From NCBI GenBank assembly GCA_025992755.1, contig DAJPGF010000001.1, positions 442,308 through 506,307 on the forward strand: 64,000 nt of DNA. Direction: 5' to 3'. This stretch comes from Coriobacteriaceae bacterium. Its GTDB lineage: Bacteria; Actinomycetota; Coriobacteriia; Coriobacteriales; Coriobacteriaceae. The stretch's first letter is position 1. Each line of letters starts with the position of its first letter. Under the pieces are notes generated by a model. The model saw nothing but the letters and a program-made list of their open reading frames with translations, was not told the DNA's origin and ran no database searches. A program made the translations under genes and the position numbers. This document shows, in pieces, positions 18,017 through 25,042 of this stretch.

Positions 18017-18701
18017 TCTGGTTCAGTGCCTTCTTGATTTCACTTACGCCGCCGAGATGCCTACATGTCTCGTGCGCGAGGGTCGGGACAAGAGAGCACG
18101 TCTTCATATCATTATGCTCGTTCCAGGTGCACCCATTTGCCTCGCGCCATTTCCTGACGCCCTGGGGCGTCCAATCATCTTTGCCGTCACGTCGCTCGTG
18201 GTTCCAAACTTTTGCGCATTCAATGTCTGCCTTTTCATAGTTACCGACAATGCGCTCGCCATTTTCGCCTATCAGCGAAAGCCTATGCTGGCTCATACCT
18301 TGTATGGTTACCTTTGTTTCGGCGATGGGGCTGAAGTCAGGAATAGCATCTTTGTAGTTGATGCCCTCAACACCCTTACTTTGAAGAAGCTCACGAAGTC
18401 TGTCATCCGTGGGGACAAACATCGATTCCCCTCGGTCGCCCGACCATTCGCCATGAGAATTCTCCGTAGTTGGAGTACGGTCCAGCCGCTCCTTATAAGT
18501 CGAAGGATAGTCGCACGATTCCACCGAAGGCTTAATCAATTTGTCGGGATCAAGGGATTCATTACGGCCGACATTCTTAATCTCGGCCTTGGCTTCTTTT
18601 GATTCGGAACCAATAAGCTTGTCGGGATTAAACCCATGATTATCACTCGGCTTTGCTTCGCCGGCTTTCATTTGCCTGAGCTCCACTAGCTCACCTCGCA
18701 A
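17997..18701 (-). CDS. HNH/EndoVII-fold nuclease toxin-like protein (GH-E/WHH-like C-terminal domain)
   Basis: C-terminal GCTWNEHNDMKTCSLVPTLAHETCRHLGG (18048-18134) resembles the W-H-H ... LVP...H....H.GG signature of polymorphic-toxin HNH/EndoVII nucleases. Upstream is GEWSGDRGESMFVP...GINYKDAIPDFSP. Start is ambiguous: TTG 18701, GTG 18686 overlapping the upstream TAG, or ATG 18671. Confidence 0.65.
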   Translation of the reverse strand: MRGELVELRQMKAGEAKPSDNHGFNPDKLIGSESKEAKAEIKNVGRNESLDPDKLIKPSVESCDYPSTYKERLDRTPTTENSHGEWSGDRGESMFVPTDDRLRELLQSKGVEGINYKDAIPDFSPIAETKVTIQGMSQHRLSLIGENGERIVGNYEKADIECAKVWNHERRDGKDDWTPQGVRKWREANGCTWNEHNDMKTCSLVPTLAHETCRHLGGVSEIKKALNQNGGFDD

Positions 18702-21700
18702 TTCTCGTTCCAGTTGCGCCAGTCGTCATATGACTTTGAATCTTGCATTTGCAGGTACAGGATGTCTGTCATGATGCCCTGGATGATGACTCGCCTGGTG
18801 CGGTTGTCGATTTCGCGGTTGATGGAAGCCCCGAGCGCCGCTTCTGCCGCTCTTGTCAATTGCTCGGCTTCATTGCTGCTCTTGAGCTCACGTTCGACCG
18901 TTTTGACGACATCGGGGAACAGTGCGCTCATAATGGGCGCCAGCTTGGTCATGTGCGGTTCGTTAGGCGGGTTTTGGGCGGTGCGCAGAATACTGACCTT
19001 TGTGGACGCGCCGATATGGAGGCGATCGAGCCGTTCGCGAATGCTATGCAGTTCCGCCTCAGTTCCAATGCTGATGCCGTATGCCAACATGCGCGCTACG
19101 GAAAGAGCGTCATCGTGTTGGTTGTCTGTGGTGTCTTCGATGGGGCGGCTGTATGTAAAGTGCTCGCCATCCTCTGCTTTGGCGATCTTGCAGAGCACCG
19201 GCTCAACCCAATCGTTTTGGTAAATGGCCGCAACGCCCTTAGGCAAGCGTGCCAGCTCGACGATTTGTTGGTCGTTGAGGTTGGCAGCGCGACCGGCGAG
19301 CTCGCGGTCCGAAAGATCGGGCAGGCGATGGATGATCTTGGTATTTGTGTTGCGAATGGCTGCCATATCGAGAAGTCCGGGTGCTTGGTCGGCGATGATG
19401 AAGCCTTCGCCGTATGTACGCATCTCGGCGATGGCATTTGAGATCATCTCGACGCTCTTGCCTGTCAGGTCGCCGCTCTCCGAGCCTTGGCTGCTCGACG
19501 ATCGCTTAAGCAGGTTGTGCGCCTCTTCAAGCACGGTCAGATGGCGAAGCGGCTGGTTCATGCCCTTTTTCTCGGCCATGCGATGTTCTTGAAGTTTGAG
19601 TACAAGAAGACCCATGAGTAGGGATTTTGTTTCGGCGGAGCCAATGCGCGATAGATCGATGACTGTGTTGGCGTCAAAAAGCACGCTAGCATCGACTTCG
19701 TTCGACGAAAGCATCATGCCGTTGAGCCCGTTGGTGAGCGAGTTGAGACGCGTGAGCAGCGACCCCTTGTAGGCGCCCTTATTTTCGGCATCGTACTCGC
19801 TGGAGTCGAGAATCTCGCGGACGTTACGGGCAACATCTGCAAAGCAGGGAAAGAGATCGGCTCCATACGGGTTATCAGAAGCGGCAAGATCCCATCCGCA
19901 GTCTTCGTATGACCTGGCGACAGCGTCTTTAAGGACGGCGGGCATGGCGGCGTACATGGGCCAGCAAACATTAAAGATCTCAACGAGTCGGTCGAGGTGC
20001 TCCAGCACATGGATGCCGGACGGGAAGCTAAAAGGATTGATGCGCAGGAGCGGCGTGAATTCTGGATTGGTTCCAAAGACGTTTACGTCTTCGCGGCCCC
20101 CGTACACGTCCTTGTATTCGCCCTTGGCAGGTTCAATGACAAGAAAGTTGACCTGCTGATCGAGCGCCTGATCGAGGATGCGGCAGACGGTATTGGTCTT
20201 TCCTGCGCCGGTGCTGCCCGTAACAAAGGTGTGCGAGGCGAGCGAGTCTTTTGACAGGAACGTCCTAATGCGCTCCTCGCGATGCATATGGAAAACCTTG
20301 CCTATGCAAAGGCCTTGCTGGGGCTGCGTGCCATCGAACGTTGAGACATTGCGTCCAAAAGACGCACACTCGATAACGGGCAGCCCTGGGACGGATTTCT
20401 TGGGAAAGTTGAGCGAGTAGGCCAGCTCCTTGCCCGAAAGGGCAGTTGTTGCATCGACCGTTGCTGGGTAAACCGAAAAACTTGGATGTTGATCGAGCAG
20501 GGCGGGGGAGAGGGCAAAAGCAGGATGGCGCAAATCGCGAAGGTAGGAGCAGATTGCCGCGGCGTCGGCGCTTTGCTCTCCAAGGTCTCCGCGCCAGAGG
20601 TTTACTGCCGCCTGAGACATATAGGACTCTTTGCCCTGGGTGAGGGCGAGGTAGGTGTGGGCAACGTTGTTCGCGACGTTGTGGTCTTCTGATAGCACGT
20701 AGGCGCAAAAGTCCCACATGCCGAGTGCCGAGGCAAGGTCGTAGCGCTTCATTTGCAACTCGAGTATTTCGAGCGCGTGTTGGATGGAGTAATTCTTGAA
20801 CGTCTGTGTGATGCCTTCGTCGGCGCCGATGGTAGCGGTGACCGTGCTTGAGCGTGCGAACGATCCGCCAAAGTTGGCACCTAGATTTACTGCCTGTGAA
20901 ACACCGGAAGTCACGGAAGCTCCCTTAGAGACAGCCTTGCCAACACCGCTGGCGACGGCTTTGCCGAGTGAGTTTGATATGGCCTTGCCGGTAGATGAGC
21001 TCGTACCTTTTGCTGTAGACGTGGAGTGCGACGAGCCCTCGGAGTGGCTTGCGGATACGCTTAAGTCAACGCCTCCGCTCGAGGATTCATTTCTGCCGTC
21101 GGTGACCGTATCCGTGATGCTTTCGGTCGATGTGGACGAGTCGGTTACGCTCTCGTTGCTCGATTCCGAGGTCGACTCGTTTGTCGAGTCCGTTTCGTTG
21201 TAGTTTTGAGCAACAGCCTGATTGCCCCCCACCTGCCTGCCGGCACTCACGCCTGCATTGATGCCAATCGTCGCGGACGATCCGATGGAGTCGTTTTGGT
21301 GGTAGGTATAGTTGGTCGTCCATGAGGCATAGGGCGTCAGCAGTGAGTGGAGTTCAGCGAGACGGAGCTTGCGCGATTCGATATCGTAAATCGGGGTTGC
21401 GAGCAGCACGATAGTGTAGTCTTCGCTCGGCCTGCCAGGCACAATGCCGTCAAGAACTTTCTCAATGGTTTGCGTGACGAACTTCTCGTTCTTTTCGGCC
21501 GGAATATTCGAAACGGCGGCAACCGAAGACGAGCGTCGATTGTCTAGACACGGAATGGGGCCGCGGTTGGCGGGTCCCACTTCGGAACCGGGGAAGTTGC
21601 CCCTCAGGGCATCCGACATGCGCCGGGAAAAATTATCGGCGTCGATGTTGTCATGGGCATTGTCGCTGTTGACGACTGCGAGAAATACCTCGGTGCTTAC

Positions 21701-22117
21701 GCTAGTTCGATTAAAAACCAGCGCAATGTTGCAGTCTTCGTCAGAAAGAACGTCGTACACATTTACGAGCTTCTCGAGACTGTCCTCGTTGGGGTCGACG
21801 ATCCACTTCGTGATATTCATGAAGCGGATGTTGTTGTCGGCGTTAAAGCCCGTGGGGTATTCGATAGAGGGGTCAATCGGTGCGTATACATTTCGCAGTT
21901 GCGGCAGATAGGCGTTGTGAAGCTCAACGGCGGCAGTTGCCAAGAGCCGATTGGTGAGCTCGACAGCTTGCTCGTCTGCCGGATTCGGCTTTTCCGACAA
22001 GTATGCTGTTCGCTTTTTGTCGACCTCATCGAGTTGGGAGCTGCTGAGTACCGAGACGGTTGCGACCGCGTTGCCGGCTTTATCGGCAGCGCGCATAATC
22101 GCGTTTTTGATGCCCAT
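18686..22117 (-). CDS. Large HerA/FtsK-superfamily (DUF87-type) P-loop ATPase with an unknown N-terminal domain and a Ser/Thr/Gly-rich tract
   Basis: 1143 aa. Walker A FVTGSTGAGKT (20195-20218), LVIEPAKGEY shortly after, and Walker B LTVLEEAH (19517-19540), as in HerA/VirB4-like ATPases. Residues about 306-430 are low-complexity S/T/G. RBS GGAAGGAA precedes ATG 22117. Confidence 0.75.
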   Translation of the reverse strand: MGIKNAIMRAADKAGNAVATVSVLSSSQLDEVDKKRTAYLSEKPNPADEQAVELTNRLLATAAVELHNAYLPQLRNVYAPIDPSIEYPTGFNADNNIRFMNITKWIVDPNEDSLEKLVNVYDVLSDEDCNIALVFNRTSVSTEVFLAVVNSDNAHDNIDADNFSRRMSDALRGNFPGSEVGPANRGPIPCLDNRRSSSVAAVSNIPAEKNEKFVTQTIEKVLDGIVPGRPSEDYTIVLLATPIYDIESRKLRLAELHSLLTPYASWTTNYTYHQNDSIGSSATIGINAGVSAGRQVGGNQAVAQNYNETDSTNESTSESSNESVTDSSTSTESITDTVTDGRNESSSGGVDLSVSASHSEGSSHSTSTAKGTSSSTGKAISNSLGKAVASGVGKAVSKGASVTSGVSQAVNLGANFGGSFARSSTVTATIGADEGITQTFKNYSIQHALEILELQMKRYDLASALGMWDFCAYVLSEDHNVANNVAHTYLALTQGKESYMSQAAVNLWRGDLGEQSADAAAICSYLRDLRHPAFALSPALLDQHPSFSVYPATVDATTALSGKELAYSLNFPKKSVPGLPVIECASFGRNVSTFDGTQPQQGLCIGKVFHMHREERIRTFLSKDSLASHTFVTGSTGAGKTNTVCRILDQALDQQVNFLVIEPAKGEYKDVYGGREDVNVFGTNPEFTPLLRINPFSFPSGIHVLEHLDRLVEIFNVCWPMYAAMPAVLKDAVARSYEDCGWDLAASDNPYGADLFPCFADVARNVREILDSSEYDAENKGAYKGSLLTRLNSLTNGLNGMMLSSNEVDASVLFDANTVIDLSRIGSAETKSLLMGLLVLKLQEHRMAEKKGMNQPLRHLTVLEEAHNLLKRSSSSQGSESGDLTGKSVEMISNAIAEMRTYGEGFIIADQAPGLLDMAAIRNTNTKIIHRLPDLSDRELAGRAANLNDQQIVELARLPKGVAAIYQNDWVEPVLCKIAKAEDGEHFTYSRPIEDTTDNQHDDALSVARMLAYGISIGTEAELHSIRERLDRLHIGASTKVSILRTAQNPPNEPHMTKLAPIMSALFPDVVKTVERELKSSNEAEQLTRAAEAALGASINREIDNRTRRVIIQGIMTDILYLQMQDSKSYDDWRNWNENCEVS

Positions 22118-22126
22118 GCGATCAGC

Positions 22127-24496
22127 CTATTCCTTCCAATTAATGACGCGCGCAATGTACTCTTTTCGATTATTGAGCGTCTCGAGTTTTGCCTCGAGAG
22201 TGTTGATCTCCGCGGTTTGCCTGTTGATGTCTTCGACATGGCCATGGAGCACCGGGTTGTAGTCGGTGATATTGCTCGTAATTTGGCTGAGCAACTCGTT
22301 GAGCCATTCGGTAAAGCCGTAGGTATGCTCGCGCTCTATTTCGGCGCGTGCTTCGCAGAAACACCGTGAGATTTCGCGGTTGAATTTGTCTTCGACTTTC
22401 CTAAGCAAAAGCTTGTCAGATTTAAAGATGACACGGTCCATGAGCTTCAGTTCGGTAAAGTCTGCCTTGCTGAAAATAGGGCCCTTTGTCTTATCGAGCG
22501 CGAGGCCACGATATTTAAGAATGATATCGCCGACCTCTTGGCGCTTCTCTTCGGAAAGAGGATTGTCGCTGCTGGTGGCGATGCGATAGAGGGCATCGCG
22601 GCTATGCTCCGCACAGTCCTTCCAATAGCTTTGCGACAGCTCATCGATGGTCTGAGCTATTTGCTCGGTACATTCGTCATAGTGATTGATGACCTCGTTA
22701 AAGAGTTGGTCGGCGGCATCTTTGTCGGCTGTTCTTTCGGCAGCCTTTGCGTCGGATCTTTTTTGGAGCGCATCGGTGATGTCATCACAAAGGCCTTTGC
22801 CAACCTCCGCTAACCCAAATGTTGGCTGGGAGTCGACGTCCTTTTGCGTGTTGGCCGGGCTTCCTTTTATCGATTCGCCGAGCCTATTGAAAAAGTTAGG
22901 GGCGATTGAGTCAAACGCTTGCGCGGCTGCGTTCGACCGTTTTGAGTATTCGAGGCGCTCTCGCTTGTCTTCGGTAATGGCGCCTTGACGCGCCTGAAGC
23001 GTGTCAAGGTTGGTTTTCCACTGCTCGGCGGAAACGTTCCCGTCAATGGCGCCGGCATAGCTGGCCGAGGAGTCCAGCCTCGCATGCTCTCTGCAGTCTT
23101 CGAGCTGGTTGATGAGATTGCGCTTATCCTCTTCGAGCTCGGCTTCTCGCTGTGCTTTCTTTTGTTCGAGGTCGGTTTTCTTATCGGCAATCTCTTCTTC
23201 GGTTATGCTGACAATTTCTTGTAGGAGCGATTCCGACCTGCTGCATTTGTTGTAGGCAGAGTACCGCTCGGCAAACAGCCGTATTTCATTTTCGATACAA
23301 AAGAGTCCGCTGTTGGCAAGAAGGAGGTCCTTGCAAGCCTCGGATTCGCGGTTGGTTCTGCGCGAGATCTGTCCCGGAAGGATGTCGTAGCGGTAGAGCG
23401 TTTTGTAGAAGCGGCTTGTCGGATCTGTGTATTTACGCTGCTGATCTTCGAATTTTTCGGCATAGTTGTCGCTTATAAACTCGCTGGAGTTCTTTGAGCC
23501 TAGGCCGAGGATGGAAGAAACAAAGTAGATACCTTGACCGTAAAGGCTGGCTGGAATGGACCAACGCATGATTTGCGAGACGGCTTCATCGTCGAATCCT
23601 CCTTTGGGAAGGTCGGCGGAATCTGCTTTGTTGACTACGATCATGGCAAAGCGTTCATCGATTGCGGGAATCTGCTCTATTTCGTTGGAGAGGTTCTTGT
23701 TGTCCTTCGTATCGAGCGAGTTGTACTCTGCAACGAAAATGGGAAGGCCATTCGAGAGGCCCTCCATTGCCTGTTTGAGCACTCGGGCGTGATCGGCGTT
23801 GGAGGCGGAGTTTGAGCCCGGGGTGTCAAAGATGACAAACTCCCTATCATGGGGCCATGGATCGGTATCGCTAAAGGGCACCTCGATTCTGATCAGATCG
23901 GAGATGGTCTGGTCGTCTTCATCGGCATGGTATGAGTTAAGAACCTTGAGGGCACTGTTCATATGGGAGGCCATGCCGGGCATGGAGTCGGCCACTTTGG
24001 CCGCGATCTTGTCGTATAGGGGCTCCCCCATAAGCTCTTTGTTTTCCATGAGGCCATCAAGATCAAAACGTAGCAAGAATCGCCTGTTGCCACAGGAGAA
24101 TTGAACCATTGCGCGGTCTCGGTCTTTTGAACGTTTGATTTGAAATATGCGGGCCGTTACAGGCTCGTCGCCGCTGGGAAGGATCTCCATGCCGATGAGG
24201 GCGTTGATGAGCGTTGATTTGCCTGCGCTATAGCTGCCGAGCACACACAGCGGGATGATGTCGCTCGAGACATCGGTGAACTTCCTAATTTGCTCAGAAA
24301 CTTTTGTTCGCTCGGAGACTGATTCGTCTACAAGCCACTGGATTTCTCTGAAAACTTCGACAATCTCCGGCAAGACGTCTCGGGCGTTTGATAGATAACG
24401 CTCGTCTCGCATAGCCTCGTATGTGTTGGCGCGTGGTCCTTCGGTACAGATGGCGAGCAGCTCCTGCCATTCGTCATCCGCGCCTTCAAAATGCAA
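22127..24496 (-). CDS. Dynamin-like GTPase (bacterial dynamin family) with a long coiled-coil C-terminal half
   Basis: G1 GSYSAGKST (24212-24238), G3 DTPG (23816-23827), G4 NKAD (23621-23632). The C-terminal about 450 aa is charge-rich and helical. The track start is a TTG. The frame stays open upstream to 24637, and a good ATG/N-terminus lies in another frame (see 24544-24711). Confidence 0.75.
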   Translation of the reverse strand: MHFEGADDEWQELLAICTEGPRANTYEAMRDERYLSNARDVLPEIVEVFREIQWLVDESVSERTKVSEQIRKFTDVSSDIIPLCVLGSYSAGKSTLINALIGMEILPSGDEPVTARIFQIKRSKDRDRAMVQFSCGNRRFLLRFDLDGLMENKELMGEPLYDKIAAKVADSMPGMASHMNSALKVLNSYHADEDDQTISDLIRIEVPFSDTDPWPHDREFVIFDTPGSNSASNADHARVLKQAMEGLSNGLPIFVAEYNSLDTKDNKNLSNEIEQIPAIDERFAMIVVNKADSADLPKGGFDDEAVSQIMRWSIPASLYGQGIYFVSSILGLGSKNSSEFISDNYAEKFEDQQRKYTDPTSRFYKTLYRYDILPGQISRRTNRESEACKDLLLANSGLFCIENEIRLFAERYSAYNKCSRSESLLQEIVSITEEEIADKKTDLEQKKAQREAELEEDKRNLINQLEDCREHARLDSSASYAGAIDGNVSAEQWKTNLDTLQARQGAITEDKRERLEYSKRSNAAAQAFDSIAPNFFNRLGESIKGSPANTQKDVDSQPTFGLAEVGKGLCDDITDALQKRSDAKAAERTADKDAADQLFNEVINHYDECTEQIAQTIDELSQSYWKDCAEHSRDALYRIATSSDNPLSEEKRQEVGDIILKYRGLALDKTKGPIFSKADFTELKLMDRVIFKSDKLLLRKVEDKFNREISRCFCEARAEIEREHTYGFTEWLNELLSQITSNITDYNPVLHGHVEDINRQTAEINTLEAKLETLNNRKEYIARVINWKE

Positions 24497-24543
24497 TTCG
24501 ATTTTGTCGCCGCCGCCGCCGAACTCTTTGGCGAGGATGTCGA

Positions 24544-24711
24544 TTATTTCTTCGGCCTTAAAGGGGAAGAATCCCTTAACGATCTTCGTGCTATGGATGC
24601 ACTGTTGGGATTTGTGGAGGTTGTTATTTCTTGCCAGCCGTTATCCCATCGGAAGAACCGGACAATTTCTTGATATGGATTGCTGACGATCTTGATTTTA
24701 ATGTCTGCCAT
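24544..24711 (-). CDS. 55-codon ORF, probably the displaced 5' end of the dynamin-like gene (frameshift) rather than an independent gene
   Basis: ATG 24711 (AAAGGTAG upstream) gives MADIKIKIVSNPYQEIVRFFRWDNGWQEITTSTNPNSA..., then degenerates. The dynamin frame reads naturally from ...HSTKIVKGFFPFKAEEIIDILAKEFGGGGDKIELHFEG. The two join at about 24595-24602 if one base is restored. Confidence 0.35.
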   Translation of the reverse strand: MADIKIKIVSNPYQEIVRFFRWDNGWQEITTSTNPNSASIARRSLRDSSPLRPKK

Positions 24712-24825
24712 CGTTCAACTACCTTTAGTAGATAAGGTGCGGGAATATGCCGCCTTTATCATAGGGTAGCTGCCCGTGCGGACACCCCTCTATTCGCTCA
24801 GCGGCATCTCGGCAGTACCATTTAT

Positions 24826-25006
24826 TTGGCAAGATCCTCGCCACCGCCGTAATGTTCCCAGCCATACGCCGGCAAAGCCCGTCGCCTAATCACGTCCCCT
24901 CATCAGTTGCGGTGGAATAGTTCCTGTTTAAGGCCTCTGAATGCCCAAGCAGGAACTATTCCACCGCAACTTATTTTGGGGGAGGGGATGCATGCTGGGC
25001 ATACAA
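24826..25006 (+). repeat. Right direct repeat, including a decayed, frameshifted copy of the MFS 3' end
   Basis: ggcaagatcctcgccaccgccgtaatgttcccagccatacgccg-gcaaagcccgtcgcctaa reads GKILATAVMFPAIRR, against GVILAITVLFPAIRRAKPVA* in the intact gene. The hairpin and downstream sequence are then nearly identical to 17445-17562. Confidence 0.8.
24907..24969 (+). terminator. Copy 3 of the repeated hairpin + T-tract element
   Basis: Arms ttgcggtggaatagttcc / ggaactattccaccgcaa, followed by cttattttggggg. Confidence 0.5.
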
Positions 25007-25042
25007 TGGATGTCGTTGTGTTGAGCTTACCGGGAGGCTGTT

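Larger units (their letters stand above)
17381..25006. mobile_element. Putative integrated genomic island bounded by direct repeats. No recombinase gene seen.
   Basis: About 150-180 bp direct repeats at both ends. The interior is visibly more AT-rich than the flanks (by eye, not computed). It holds one accessory operon on the opposite strand to its neighbours. A decayed second copy of the MFS 3' end sits at the right border. Confidence 0.55.

Noticed and set aside
18686-22117. Interpreting the large ATPase as a type VII (EssC/EccC) or type IV (VirB4/VirD4) secretion ATPase
   Set aside because: It has one P-loop domain rather than the two or three of EssC/EccC. I saw no TM helices. No WXG100/LXG substrates and no EssA/EssB, VirB or relaxase genes are adjacent. 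The LVIEPAKGEY spacing after Walker A fits HerA/DUF87 better. Profile searches should still be run.
17345-22369. Plus-strand ORFs inside the island (17345..18037, 17991..18602, 18714..19441, 21653..22369 and others)
   Set aside because: They are antisense to the four coupled minus-strand genes, have no RBS or motifs, and overlap each other in several frames.
17381-25006. Calling the island a prophage, ICE or transposon
   Set aside because: There is no integrase, transposase, relaxase, capsid or terminase gene and no terminal inverted repeats. The only support is the direct repeats and the compositional shift. I therefore describe it as a putative island of unknown mobility.
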